Assembly: GCA_964016885.1 (NCBI GenBank)
Contig: OZ024758.1
Span: 17,236,001-17,300,000 of the forward strand
DNA length: 64,000 nucleotides
Reading direction: 5' to 3'
Origin: Eledone cirrhosa
Taxonomy: Eukaryota
Shown here: one piece after another, positions 1 to 13,461 of the stretch
Position numbering within the stretch: position 1 is the first letter of the stretch
Layout of the letters: every line of letters starts with the position of its first letter
Notes under the pieces: model-generated
Seen by the model: only the letters and a program-made list of their open reading frames with translations
Databases searched by the model: none
Told to the model about the DNA's origin: nothing
Position numbers and translations under genes: made by a program

Positions 1-465
1 GAAAGAGGAGAGAAAGATGAAGAAGATGTCAAAGAAGAAAGAAAAGGAAGGAGGGTGGTATAATGATGATTATGTAAAGACACAGGCTCAAGATAATACA
101 ACATACCATGGGATTGAACTCAGGCCCTTAGGATTGCAAAACAAACTCCTTAACTTTACAGCTATGCCATTATAAAATAATTAGAGTGTTTTGTTCATTT
201 AGCGTCAATTCTTCCATGCTTGCATGGGTTAGACGACTCTGTCCTTACGACGCCCTCAGAAATCAGTGTAAAGAAAAGAATTGATAGTGGGAGTTGATAA
301 AATATAAAAAAATCATAAAAGTACTTGTTAACCAATTCGAAGTATTTATTTTCCCCAAAATCAAGTGATTAAAGCAAGGATTTAATAATTTGAAAAAAAA
401 TTTACTTAAACTCATAAGAACTTGGAACATTTTCATTGTTGTAGTGAAGATTTAGGGAAGGGTAC

Positions 466-1056
466 TTAACCCTTTACCATTTCCATTACTCTATATTTAC
501 TATTGTATTTTCACAGTAAAGGCTTTACCTTACATAATCATCTCACATAACATTTCCATTACTCTATATTTACTATTGTATTTTAACAGTAAAGGCTTTA
601 CCTCACATAATTATCCCACCCAATACTGAATCTATGAGATTTTGATATTATTGATTTTGAGAACAATACCTTAACATAGATATGAGTGGCTGGCTATAGC
701 CGGTTTAAAGAGAAAGAGGTGAGAGAATTCTGGCTGGATATGGCCGGTTTAAATGCTAAAGGGTTAAAGAGAAAGAGGCGAGCGAATTCTGGCTGGATAT
801 GGCTGGTTTAAATGCTAAAGGGTTAAATTAAATTATTTGATTGTACTTTCTAGTGAACGAGAACAATTGTTTCCATGGTAAACACTTTGTTTCACATAAA
901 TATCTCACATAATACTGAATCTATGAGATTTTGATATTCTTTATTTTTAGAACAATACTTTAGCATCAGTATGATAAGCCAGAAACGGCCAGTTTCTATA
1001 GAGTGTGTTGAGAGAATTCTAGCTGGATATGATCGGTTTAAATGCTAAAGGGTTAA
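466..1056. mobile_element. Compound piggyBac-type MITE (TTAA-flanked) with duplicated ends
   Basis: TTAA-CCCTTTA(C/G)CATTT...AAATGCTAAAGGG-TTAA termini. The right ~60 bp is tandemly duplicated (~707-826) and a second partial copy ends at 1056. The same family recurs at 3430, 6019, 12440, 51884, 54034 and 61790. Confidence 0.75.
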
Positions 1057-1162
1057 GGTTCTTACATGAAATTATGATGGAAGATTTTATAGAACCAGAG
1101 GCAGTTTGGTATGAAGATATTTTAAGAGATGCTGTGATAACTGCCCCTAATACAGTCCCAGC

Positions 1163-2300
1163 ATGGCCACCACTACATCAACATCTCCACACTCCATCAT
1201 CTACCACAACACCTCCACTATCACCATCACCATCACCATCACCACTATCACCACCACCAGCACCACCACCACCACAACTACCACTACATACAACATGTCT
1301 TCACCCACTACCACATCTCTACACTCACCACCCCTACCACATCAACATCTCCCCCCCTCATCACAACAACCACCACCACCACTACCACCACGACATCAAC
1401 ATCACCACAACCATCACCACACAACCACAACTACACCACCACCATCATCACCACCACCACAACACCACCTCCACTACACCATCACCACCACCACACAACC
1501 ACAACCACCACCACCACTTCAACCACCACCACCACCACCAGTACCATCACCTCCACCACCACCTTCACCACCAACAGCACCACACCACCACCTCTGCAAC
1601 ACCACCTCGACAACACCACCACCACACAACCCACCACCATCTCCACCACCAGCACCACCACACCACCACAACCATCACAACCACCACTACACCACCTCCA
1701 CCACCACCACCACCACACCATCACCACCATCACCACCACCACCACAACACCACCTCTGCAACACCACCTCCGCAACAACCCCCCACCCCCCCACCCCCCA
1801 CACAACCCACCAACACACCACCACCACCAACACACCACTAACATCTCCACCACCAACACACGACCACAACTACACCACCACAACTACACCACACCACCAC
1901 CAACACACCACCACAACTACACCACCAACACACCACCACCACCACACCACTACCATCTCCACCACCAACACACCACCACAACTACACCACCAACACACCA
2001 CCACCACCACAACTACACCACCAACACACCACCACCACCACCACCACACCACTACCATCTCCACCACCAACACACCACCACAACTACACCACCACAACAC
2101 CACCACACCACCACCAACACACCACCACAACTACACCACCACCACCGCCATACCACCACAACTACACCACCACCACTGTAACACCACCACCACCACCAAC
2201 ACACCACCACAACTACACCACCACCACCATCACCACCACCACCACCACCACCACCACCACCACCACCACGACTACCCCCCCCCCCTCCCCTCCCCTCCAC
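1163..2300. repeat. Degenerate (CAC/ACC)n low-complexity tract
   Basis: Direct reading; it explains the poly-H/T/P ORFs seen in all frames. Confidence 0.95.
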
Positions 2301-2414
2301 TATGTTTCTACATTATTTAGATTATTACAGTTTAGATTATGATTGTTCAATTATAACATTGAAACTAAATTTTTCAAATGTTTTGCATCCAGTATTTTCT
2401 GCAATACAACAATT

Positions 2415-3120
2415 TCCTTCTCCCCCTTCCTTCTCCCCCTATCTCCTTCCTTCTCCTCCTTCCTTCTCCCCCTGTCTCCTTCCTTCTCCTCCTTCCTTCT
2501 CCCCCTTCCTTCTCCCCTGTCTCCTTCCTTCTTCCCCCCCGTCTCCTTCCTCCTCCTTCCTTCTCCCCCTTCCTTCTTCCCCTGTTTCCTTCCTTCTCCC
2601 CTTCCTTCTCCCCTTCCTTCTTCCCCCCGTCTCCTTCCTTCTCCTTCCTTCCTTCTATCTTTCTTTCTCCCTTTCTCTCTACATATTTTTTTTTTGGGGG
2701 GGGGGGGGGGGGGGTTTGCTTATTTGTTTAACAAGTCTTTAATTTATTTTTTAAAATGATTAATGTAACAATTAACAGAGGAATTAAGAAGAAGAAGAAA
2801 GAAAAAGAAAGAAAGAAGAAGAAAGAAGAAAGAAGAAAGAAGAAGGAAGAAAGAAGAACGCTCAGAAGAAGAAGAAGAAGAAGAAAGAGGAGAAGGCTAA
2901 GAAGAAGAAGAAGAAGAAGAAGAAAGAGGAGAAGGCTAAGAAAAGAAGAAGGTGAAGAAGGAGGAGAAGGCTAAGAAAAGAAGAAGGTGAAGAAGGAGGA
3001 GAAGGTTAAGAAAAGAAGGTGAAGAAGGAGAAGGCAAAGAAAAGAAGAAGGTGAAGAAGAAGAAGACGAAGAAGAAGAAGAAAGAGGAGAAGGCAAAGAA
3101 GGCTAAGAAGAAGAAGCTAG
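2415..3120. repeat. CT-rich tract, poly-T/poly-G run and (GAA)n-rich tract
   Basis: Direct reading. Confidence 0.9.
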
Positions 3121-3142
3121 CCTTCTTCTGAGCAATAATTTA

Positions 3143-3320
3143 CTGTGGATGGGCAGTATCGGTAGAGAGACGTAACTATGCTTTCCAGCATAGTTACATC
3201 CCTTTGCGGTCAGAGTTCAAATCCCGTCGAGGTTAACTTTGCCTTTCATCCTTACGAGGTCGATAAAATAAAGTACCAGTTACGCACTGGGGTTGATTTT
3301 ATCGACTTTCCCTTCCTCCA
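3143..3320 (+). mobile_element. tRNA-derived SINE, family A
   Basis: A-box-like GGCAGTATCGG and B-box GAGTTCAAATCC, followed by the conserved body AACTTTGCCTTTCATCC...GGTCGATAAAATAAAGTACCAG. More than 15 copies or fragments in the window. Confidence 0.85.
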
Positions 3321-3429
3321 GTCAACATGAGATCTTAATGAACCTTTAAATTCAGTGCTATTAAAAGTTTTGTTAAAGGTGACTGCCGATAGCAAACCAG
3401 GAGAAACAAACAATTTATCTTACTTTTAT

Positions 3430-3652
3430 TTAACCCTTCAGCATTTAAAATGGCCATATCCAGCCAGAATTCCCTCACCACTTTCTGTTCAAACCGGCTA
3501 TAACCGGCTGTAACCGGCTGCTCATACCGACATTTAGGTATTGTTCTCAAAATAAATAATGTCAAAATCTTGTAGATTTGATATTATATGAGATAAAGCT
3601 TTTACCATGAAAATATAATATATAGAGAGTAATGAAAATGGTAAAGGGTTAA
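3430..3652. mobile_element. piggyBac-type MITE
   Basis: TTAA at both ends with CCCTT../..AAGGG terminal inverted repeats; multi-copy in the window. Confidence 0.8.
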
Positions 3653-3669
3653 AAGAAAATAACAAATAG

Positions 3670-3875
3670 TTGTTCTCTGTGGCTAACCCAGGCTGTGCTG
3701 AACTTTGGGCTATGGAGGGTAAACTCTCCAAATACCAGTCGCTCTCTGACAGGTTTGCGATCGAGCCTGTAGCAGTGGAGACTTCTGGTGTCCTTGGCTC
3801 TAGGGCCACCACCCTACTCACCACATTCGGTGACACAGAGTTGACTAACCGCAGGTGTGAGCTCGCAAGCTGGAA
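3670..3875 (+). pseudogene. Fragment of a restriction-like endonuclease C-terminus of a CRE-like non-LTR retrotransposon
   Basis: Translation EGKLSKYQSLSDRFAIEPVAVETSGVLGSRA matches the K-x2-KY...PVAVET-x-G pattern of RLE-type retroelements. Confidence 0.6.
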
Positions 3876-3894
3876 TGGCAAAAATCATGATGTT

Positions 3895-4328
3895 GGCAAA
3901 AATGATGATGATGATGATGATGATGACAATGATGATATTGATCAAATAACAGGGATTATGGAAGTGATGATGGTGATGGTGATGGTGATGATGGTAGTGG
4001 AGGTGATTATTGGCAGTGATTCTGCTAATGTTGGTGATAATGGTGAAACAGTAATGGTTGTGATACTAGATGATAAATCTTGATGATGATGATGATGATG
4101 ATGATGGTGGTGGTAATGAGACTGGTGTTCATTATAATGTGGAGGATGAGGAGAGTAGAAGAAGTTGATGATGGTGGTGGTGGTGGTGGCGGTGAGAATG
4201 ATGATGATGATAGTGGCAATGAGACGGTCTAAGAAGAAGAAGAGGAGGGAGGGAGGGAGATAGGGTATAATGAGGATTGTAATGAGACTGGTGTTCATTA
4301 TGTGAAGGATGAGGAAAGTAAAATATGT

Positions 4329-4367
<39 letters not shown>

Positions 4368-4760
4368 GAAGAAGAAAGAAAAGGAGGAAGAGAGGATATA
4401 ATGATGATTATTATGAGGATAGTGAACATTATATGAAAAATGTAGAAGAGTAGAAGAGATTTATGATGATGATGATGATGATGATGATATTGATGGTGGT
4501 GGTGGTGGTGGTGGTGGTGAGGAAGAGGAAGACGTAGAAGAATAAATCAAATGAGAGAGAGAGACAGAGAGAGAAAGAAAGAGAGAGAAAGAAAAAGAGA
4601 GAGAGAAAGAGAGAAAAAGAGAGAGAGAATGAGAGAGAAAGAGAGAGAGAATGAGAGAGAAAGAGAGAGAAAGAAAGAGAAAGGAAGAGAGAGAAAGACA
4701 GCGAGAGAGAGAGAGAGAGAGAGAGACGATATTATGATGATGATGATGATGAGGATGATA
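3895..4760. repeat. Mixed (GAT)n/(GGT)n/(GA)n microsatellite cluster
   Basis: Direct reading. Confidence 0.9.
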
Positions 4761-5149
4761 TGTCTGAAAAATGTTACAAACATAAACACTAAGACCCATG
4801 AAATATAAATTTAGTTTAAATTTTAAATTTCAATTATGAGAGTAATAACACATTTTTAAAAAAAAGTTTTCCTTTTTTTTTTGTCTTATTTTTTTTAGCC
4901 ATTCTTTGTGATTAATTTCAAAAGTAGGTTTGTTTCTCATCTCCCAAAACCTCCCAAAACCTCCCTTGCACTCTTGCTCTCCCAGCATCATATCTTTTTC
5001 AATTCTTTATTTTCCTTTTTCCTTTCAGATTATTTTTCTTATCTACTATACTTTTATTTTTTTCATATAGGTGTCGCCATAGTAGTTTTACTTTTTCTTA
5101 TATTATAATTCACTGTTAATGTTGTTGTAATTGTTAATGTCGTTGTTGC

Positions 5150-5745
5150 TATTGCTATTGTTGTTGTTGTAGCAATTGTTGTTGTGAATTTATTGCATTC
5201 TCACTTGTTGGCATTGTTGTTGTTGTAGTTGTTGTTGTTGTTGCAATTGTGAATTTATTGCATTCTCACTTGTTGCCGATGTTGTTGTTGTAGTTGTTGT
5301 TGTTGCTATTGTTGTGAATTTATTGCATTCTCACTTGTTGCCATTGTTGTTGTTGTAGTTGTTGTTGTTGTTGCTATTGTTGTGAATTTATTGCATTCTC
5401 ACTTGTTGCCAATGTTGTTGTTGTAGTTGTTGCTATTGTTGTTGTTGCTATTGTTGTTGTTGTTGCTATTGTTGTTGTGAATTTATTGCATTCTCAATTG
5501 TTGCTGATGTTGTTGTAGTTGTTGTTGCTATTGTTGTTGCTATTGTTGTTGTGAATCTATTACATTCTCACTTGTTGCCGATGTTGTTGTTGTTGGAGTT
5601 GTTGTTGCTATTGTTGTTGTGAATCTATTGCATTCTCACTTGTTGCTGATGTTGTTGGAGTTGTTATTGTTGCTGCAAATTTATTGCATTCTCACTTGTT
5701 GCTGTTGTTGTTGTTGTTGTTGTCCTTGTTGTTGTTGCTATTGTT
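5150..5745. repeat. Minisatellite: ~27-bp core GTGAATTTATTGCATTCTCACTTGTTG, about 8 copies, separated by variable (GTT)n
   Basis: Core visible near 5185, 5249, 5314, 5382, 5478, 5551, 5620 and 5678. Confidence 0.85.
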
Positions 5746-6018
5746 CTTATTGGAGTTTTGATACTGGTTTGTCCTAATTGGTTTTATCGTTTTCTTAATT
5801 TAAAGAATACTGGATCAGTAGAAATAGTAGCTTATCGGATTTTACTTTTGTATGACAACAACAACAACAACAACAAAAGCACCAACAACAACAATTCAGA
5901 CAATTTTCCCTGCTAAATCATTGATTAGTCGCAAGTTTCTCATAAAAAGCGTCTTTATTTTGTCTAATCCGCTGCTCTCATCAAAGCTATAGTTTTCATT
6001 CCCGTCCCTGTATCATCT

Positions 6019-6251
6019 TTAACCCTTTAACATTTACATTACTCTATATATATACTATAGTATTTTTGTGGTAAAGGCTTTATCTCACATAATTATCTCA
6101 CATAATATCAAAGCTATGAGATTTTGATATTTATTTTGAGAACAATACAATACCTTAATGTAAATAAAAACAGCCAGTTACAGCCAGTTTGAACAGAAAG
6201 AGGTGAGAGAGTTCTGGCCGCATATGGCCAGTTTAAATGCTAAAGGGTTAA
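6019..6251. mobile_element. piggyBac-type MITE
   Basis: TTAA-CCCTTTAACATTTA...TAAATGCTAAAGGG-TTAA. Confidence 0.85.
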
Positions 6252-6402
6252 CCATGTCCTCCTTGGTCTTCTTCTTCTACTTCCTTTCCTTCCACATTAA
6301 GTTCTATCACTCCTCTCAACCAGTCACTTCTGTCATTCCTCAACACACGACCCAACAATCTCATACCGTTTCTCTTCCCAACATTCAGTGATGGCTTTAA
6401 TC

Positions 6403-7119
6403 CAGTGCTGGATTTACCCTTGTTCTTAGGTGATCTTAAGCACAGGGCCCCGTTGGCCAGGGTGGGGAAGCATTTTCCTGCAAAAATAATTTTTTACAAG
6501 AAATTTTGTTTCAAATGAAAGGGGCCTCATAACTTAACTGAATTTCTTTTTCAAATGTAAGCGAATACCCTCCCTGAGATATCTACCATACTCTGAACGC
6601 CTTGCTTACCTTGGCATGGATACATTGAAGCTCTGACGTCTGGCAACCGACTTGGTAAACACCCACAAAATTATTAACCATCTTGCCAACAGCAACCCTG
6701 AGCACGTTTTTGATTTCCATATGTCTAACACCTGTGGGCATGCCAACAAAGTCAGAAAACAGTGCAGCTCCCATGACTTTCGGAAACATCTTTTCACGCT
6801 CAGAGTTGCTGAAGCATGGAAGAAACTACCTGCATCAGTTATTAGCTGTCAAGACACTGCATCCTTTAAAACCTCCATGCTTCCTGAGATTCGCCAACAC
6901 TACACCATATATCCCCCTTCATACAAACGCACACATGTATATCATGACTCTTACACTATTCACTTCCCTGACATTTGTATATTATTCTATGTACTATACA
7001 TGCACCTTTGATGAGTTATAGTGCACCTGAGCACTGTACACAATAATTTCATAATTATCATTATTATTATTATTATAACTTAACTAACACAGGGCCTCAT
7101 TATCCTAAATCCGACACTG
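6403..7119. mobile_element. hAT-like MITE interrupted by a CR1 fragment
   Basis: TIRs CAGTGCTGGATTTA / TAAATCCGACACTG. The 8-bp flanks ctttaatc / ctctaatc match at 7 of 8 positions. Confidence 0.65.
6540..7074 (+). mobile_element. 5'-truncated CR1-clade LINE (ORF2 C-terminus, 3' UTR, (ATT)n tail)
   Basis: LPYSERLAYLGMDTL..R...DLVNTHKII...GH..K...RKHLFTLRVAEAWKKLPASVI...FK is a typical CR1 ORF2 end, with one in-frame stop. Flanked by the 11-bp direct repeat ataacttaact. Confidence 0.8.
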
Positions 7120-7472
7120 CTCTAATCCCAACAACTTCATTAATTCCTTGTTTGTCTTATTCTCTGAATGATATTCCATTAATCAACAGAACCATTCTTA
7201 TTTCCATTCCTTCCAGCATTCTCTACTGCTCCATGTTTATGTATTTTTACACATGTTGCATTGCCACATTTGTGATTACATTCTGACCTGCATCAACTGC
7301 TACTAAAGTCAATTTATTTATGTTGTTACTCTTTTACTTTTCAGACAGTAGACATTGGTCTACCTTATTAGACTGCAGACATGCTGGCAAACTACCTTGA
7401 AGGGATTTAATTAATCATAACGACCCTACTACATAAATATTTTCAATCTAAGCAATGGGACATATGTGTGCA

Positions 7473-7506
<34 letters not shown>

Positions 7507-8084
7507 GAATATACAAAGCTTAATTTTCAGCTTTTAGAAGCACTGAGTATATATATATATATATATGTGTGCGTGTGTGTATATCCCAAGTTCAGTCGGG
7601 GGTAACCACAGTAACAGTTCTAATACCGTTGAAGCCATTTCTATATCATGTTTGCTTTCAATCATCAGAATAAAAAAATCCTGGTGTATTTATTGGCGTT
7701 GGATTTTAAAATCATTTACACATATATATATATATATATATAGTAATAATAATAAATGTGAAGACTAAAATCCAAAGAGGGCTTGATAAGGATAAATATA
7801 TATCAAATATATAAGAACCCTAGAGCAAATATATATATATATATATATATACATATACATACAAATATATATATACATACATATATATATATATATATGT
7901 GTGTAAACTCTATGTTGTATTGTCTCATATGCATCTTTCCAGCAGCTTGTTCTATGCCGTCATACTACGACCAGGGTTCAATATTACGGAATACCACCCT
8001 GATACATGAAATTGCATTGCCAAGAAATGGCTGAAAAGGAAGTTCAATGCCTTTATTTATTCGTCCCATGTATTTCATATTTTC

Positions 8085-8455
8085 TCATACAACTTTGTTG
8101 TAGGTGTCACGACAATAAAACACACAGTCCACGCTGTAATGTGGCCGTGTAGGCAACACAGTAAAAACCTCCCAGCCCCACACTGTAAATGTGGTTGGTG
8201 TTAGGAAGGGCATCCAGCTGTAGAAAACCTGCCAGACAGTCCACGCTGTAATATGGCCGTGTAGGCAACACAGTAAAAAATCCCAGCCCACACTGTAAAT
8301 GTGGTTGGTGTTAGGAAGGGCATCCAACTGTAGAAAACCTGCCAGACAGTCCTATGCGAGCAAGACAATCACTCTTGCCTCAAGTGGGAAAACCCCCGTC
8401 CAAACCCATGCAAGCGTGGAACACGGACGCTAAACGTTGATGATGATGATGATGT
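8085..8455 (+). mobile_element. 3'-end copy of the RTE LINE (3' UTR plus (TGA)n tail)
   Basis: Reverse complement of ~31852-32220, including the same internal duplication. Confidence 0.85.
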
Positions 8456-8547
8456 ATATATGTATCAAAGGTATATATTGAGTTAGAAACTCAAAATAGT
8501 CTCTTACATTTAAATACCTCAATGAAAAAGGTTTTCTAAGCTGTGTA

Positions 8548-8696
8548 ATATAATTGAATATAAAAAAAAGATAAATACAGATATAAACATATGTGTTCAA
8601 ATCGTAAGGGACCAGATTCGCTAGGGTGAAAAATCCCTTATGATTTGAACACATATGTTTATATCTCTGTTTATCTTTCTTTTATATTCAATTATA
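8548..8696. repeat. Long inverted repeat (~60-bp arms)
   Basis: ATAATTGAATATAAA..GATATAAACATATGTGTTCAAATCGTAAGGGA versus TCCCTTATGATTTGAACACATATGTTTATATC..TATATTCAATTAT. Confidence 0.85.
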
Positions 8697-9954
8697 TGTT
8701 TATATATATATACAGTTCCATATGTCAAATGGGACAGCTTGTCTAACCTATGTTAGCATAGAAACTGGACATTACATGATAATGATACATTGTGCTATTG
8801 TTTAGTTTATATCTAGAAAATTTCATTCACAATGTATTGGTAACCCCATGTCTATAGCAAAAGATACAAAGTTCCACACAGTGTAGTGTGAGTGAACACA
8901 CAACATCATGGTTGTAAAAACAAAACAAACTCCCTTACCACACCACACCACATCATACCATATCCATACCTGAATCTATATAGTTAGCCATTGTCACTTT
9001 CCAGTACATTTTAGCATATTGTCTTGTAGTCCTAAATCTAAAGCTATATATGTTTAAAAAAAAAAAATATTCATTAGTATAGATATGATAACTGCTACAT
9101 AATATAATTATTCAATATTTTCATACAGAATTACCATATTTATGCAAATATAATGAGAAAAATTTATACCAAAATAAAATATTCAGGTTGAGGTTACAGC
9201 ACACAGGTTAATATTTTCTAAAAGTTTTCTTGCTCGCATTAATGATCTTTCATTTACACAGTTACATGAATTATCTTGTCTTGTAATTCAATAACAATCA
9301 TGTATTATTATATATTTATTTGTTTTAATAAAGTTCTATTTAACATTTGATTAAAAACGAAAATAGGTTTGCCATTGATTATAATTTTGTTGGAACTATG
9401 TATTTGTCTTTTATATTTATGCATATGTTATTTTTCTTGTTGTTGGTTAACCTCCAGGTCAGTTCTCATTGAGTAGATCTATGATCAATGCCATTCCTGC
9501 TGTGGTTATTATCCTGTTTTTCTTTAGGTGCTGTAATCATGACAACATTATCCAATATATCATCCATTTACTTTTTTACTCTTTTAATTGTTCGAACCAT
9601 CCGGCTGAGGCCATGCTGGGGCATGACCCTTTAACATTTAAAATGACCTTGACGTTATTTGATATGACCCCTTCTGATCTGGAGTCAGACGTGCTACCAT
9701 TGTGCCACGAGGCCAGTACATTAGTATGATATATGAGGAAGGTTCAACACTTATTTCTAGCAGGACGGATAAGGCTAAACTTATAGACCATGTGCCTTCG
9801 CCATGAAGCTCCCTAAAATCCTATTAAAAAAGGGATTTCTTCCTGGTCTTATGAAATGTAATCTCATTTCATATTAGGTAGAGAGATCATAACATTTTTA
9901 CTTCCGTTATCAGTAGTAATTTTGAAGGTATACATGCACACACACACACACACA

Positions 9955-10245
9955 TCATCATCGTTTATTGTTTATCTTCCATACTAGCATGGGTTAGACG
10001 GGAGTTGTCCCACTTGAGGCAAGATTGGTCACGTGACCATGTCTCGCTCGTATAGGACTATCTGGCAGGTTTTCTATGGCTGGATGCCCTTCCTAACACC
10101 AACCACATTTACAGTGTGGACTGGGAGGTTTTTACCGTGTTACCTACACGACCACATTACAGCGTGGACTGTGTTTTTTTGTTGTGACACCTACACGACC
10201 TCATTAGTTTGGACTGGATGTTGTTGTACCAACATAACTTTACAC
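9955..10245 (-). mobile_element. RTE 3' UTR-related short element
   Basis: (CAT)n plus CTGGATGCCCTTCCTAACACCAACCACATTTACAGTGTG, shared with the LINE 3' UTR. Related copies lie at ~13282, 15755, 20640, 22392, 24580, 26605, 30322, 31048, 43700, 46398, 47857, 50075 and 53040. Confidence 0.8.
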
Positions 10246-10725
10246 ATACATACAAATACATATACACACACATACATACAAATACATATACACACACATA
10301 CATACAAATACATATACACACACACATATAAATATACTATTGTATTTTCACAGTAATGACTACATAAGGTAACACAAATGATATTGGCTTTTTACGAAGT
10401 TTTATTGAATGAAAAAAGTTTACTGTTTTGATTATTTTGCAAATAGTTTATTTAATAACTTTTTATATCCAAGCTAATATTGGGGATAAATGTAAAGCCT
10501 TTTTGGGGAGGGTGGGGTTCAACATTTTTTTTGTTAATTCTATTGTGAAAGTCGTACATATTTATATAAAGTACAAAATAGATGTATGAACAAAAGAGGA
10601 TGTAGCCTGATAGCGACTTTATCAAAACAAACCCCAGCAAAATATATTTGAACGTTATTCTATGTACTATATATGTACCTTTGATGAGTCGTAGTATATC
10701 TGAGCACTGTACATGATAATTTTTA

Positions 10726-11272
10726 ATCATCATCATCATCATCATCATCGTTTAACGTCCATGTTCCACGCTTGCATGGGTTTGGACGGGAGTTTTCCCA
10801 CTTGAGGCAAGAGTGGTTGTCTTGCTCGCATAGGACTGTCTGGCGGGTTTTCTACAACTGGATGCCCTTCCTAACACCAACCACATTTACAGTGTGGGAC
10901 TGGGAGGTTTTTACCGTGTTGCCTACACGGCCACATTACAGCGTGGACTGTGTTTTTTGTCGTGACACCTACACGATCTCATTTGTTTCGGCCTGGATGT
11001 TGTGGCACCAACATAACTTTACATTGAAAGGGGCGGTGTGGATGGGGTGGGGGTGGTGGGACGGGGGTGTATTTTGCTAGAGCTGCCTACTGACTGTAGT
11101 AGGTTTTACTTTGTATTTAGGTAAGGCGGGTCTTCTCTATTACTGAGTACCGCCAAAGGTCTCGGTCCAGTGACATTGTCTTGGAGAGGTGTAAGTGTGT
11201 GAGGTCGGAATTTATCAGCTCGTCCCAGGTTTTTCTGGGTCTGCCTACTCCGTGGCTACCATCTATCTTTAT
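10726..11272 (-). mobile_element. Young 5'-truncated copy of the RTE LINE
   Basis: Near-identical to 31852-32508 apart from lacking the internal 3' UTR duplication; includes the last ~50 codons of the ORF (..GVGRPRKTWDELINSDL...VIEKTRLT*). Confidence 0.92.
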
Positions 11273-11979
11273 TATTTATCTTTATTATTATTATTTTAAA
11301 TAGTGATAAAAGCTTTGAAATTAATTTACAAAAAGGATTAACTTTGTTAAAAGAAAGTCACAAAGAAAGACTATATTTAAAAACAAACTGAAATACATAG
11401 ATAATTGTTTCTACTTTAGGCACAAGGCCAGCAATTACCCAGTACATTACTGGTACTTTATTTTATCGACCCCGTAAGGATGAAAGGCAAAGTTAACCTC
11501 GGCGGAAATACATAGATAATAACAGCAACAATGTTTTTGTCTGAAAATGATAATTTTCATAACATAAATCACAGCAATAGCAACAACAACAATGACCATA
11601 CTTTCATACTAAAACACAGACACAAATGCCATTTAGCTATGTGGCATCCTAAGATAAATGTTTAGACATAGCAAAAGTAAAAACCAAAACAGATCAATGG
11701 TTAAACTGCATACAAAAGTATTTTATCTCCTTACCTGAAGAGTATATTCAGTATTGGACAGAGAATACTAAATAACTGTCATCTCACAAAGAGAGGTGGG
11801 AGGGTTAAAACCTGCAAAATAATAATTTAAATATGTATTATTTGATGTCTGGATTGAAGTCTTGATTGTAGAAAATTTTTTTTATCTCACAAAGGGAATT
11901 TACAGAAGTGTTATTTGATGTCTGGTCTAACATAATAATAATTGTAAAAAAAAAAAAGGGGTGAAAGAATATGATTGTG

Positions 11980-12410
11980 AATAAAAGCAGCTGAAATGGG
12001 GTTCCTCCAAAGCATCTTTGGAGTAACGTTGCTTGATAGAGTGTGTAGCTTGGAGATCAGAGAGAATCAGTCCAGGTAAAGTTGCTATTTCTGCAAATTG
12101 AGAGATCACATCTCCGATACTATGGGTATGATGTTAGAATATCTCAAGAAAGAATTACTGGACAGATCTGTAGCTTGGAAATCAGAGTGTCACTCCAGGT
12201 AGAGCTGTTACTTCTCCAAATTGAGAGATCACAGTTCCGATACTATGGGTATGTGGTTAGAATGTCTCAGAAAACTATCACTGGACAGATTTGTAGCTCG
12301 GACATCAGAGAGTCACTCCAGGTAGTGCCTCTTCTTCTCCAAATTGAGATATCACAGTTCCAATACTATGGGTATGAGGTTAGAGTGTCTCAGGAATGAA
12401 TCACTGGATT
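11980..12410 (+). pseudogene. RTE (Expander/Rex3-like) ORF2 C-terminal fragment with three 123-bp tandem units
   Basis: Repeating IRESLQVELLLLQIERSQ.RYYG..VRMSQ..ITGQIC; the upstream AAEMGFL-like motif is also present. Confidence 0.75.
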
Positions 12411-13461
12411 TCCTGAAATACATTCATTAGAGCCAATAACAATGCTAAAGGGTTAAATTAATTGATTTGTTTGTACTTTCTGGTCAACGAGAACAATTGT
12501 TTTTCATGGTAAACACTTTATCTCACATAATATTGAATCTATAAGATTTTGATATTATTTATTTTGAGAACAATACGTTAACATAAGTATGAGCAGCCAG
12601 TTATGGCCAGTTTGAATAGAAAGAGGCGAGAGAATTCTGGCCGGATATGGCCAGTTTAAATGCTAAATGGTTAATTATTGTATCTTTTATAACAACTATG
12701 TTTTTGTTTCATGTTTTATCAAATCAAACTGTCTATTATATAATTTCATGGCCTCTAATCTCATTTTTTTCATATATCTTTGACCAGCCACACATTTATT
12801 ATAACACCTATGTTTACGATGTTTACTGTATTTCATGTTCAGACTCTTACGGCTAATAAGGAAATCATTATTATTATCATTCTTATTATTGTTATTTTTA
12901 TTACTATTAATATTCTATTGTCTCAATATATCAGATGATGTATATATTTCTATGCGCCATATTAGATTGTTAAAATTAATCTCAGGTACTAGTTTCATTC
13001 ACGGAACATATAAATATGGAATTTCCTCAGCTTTGAGGTTTTTTTTTTTTTCGTTTATATATTTCTTTATAAAGATATGTCTGTGTCCAGACATGTGATA
13101 GAGTAACAAAGCTAATTTGCAAATGCAGGTTGTTTATAGCATTCTGTCCATTGTTCTACAATGGATGCTGACAAAACTACTTTTATTAATACCACCACTA
13201 CTAATAATAACTATCTGTCTATCTCCTTCCACACACTCACACACACACACACTCTCTCTCTTATATATATATATATATATATCATCATCATCATCATCGT
13301 TTAACATCCAACTTCCATGCTAGCATGGTTTAGCTGGGTTTGTCCCATTTGGGTCAGGTGAACATATAGGACTGTTTCTGGCTAGATTTCTACGGCTGGA
13401 TGCTCTTACAAATGCCTATCTATCTATCTCTATATAAATATATGTATATATATATATATAT

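Noticed and set aside
1029-2320. 270-385 aa His/Thr/Pro-rich ORFs
   Set aside because: (CAC)n repeats lack stops in all frames, the 1029 start lies within a MITE, and there is no domain or splice support.
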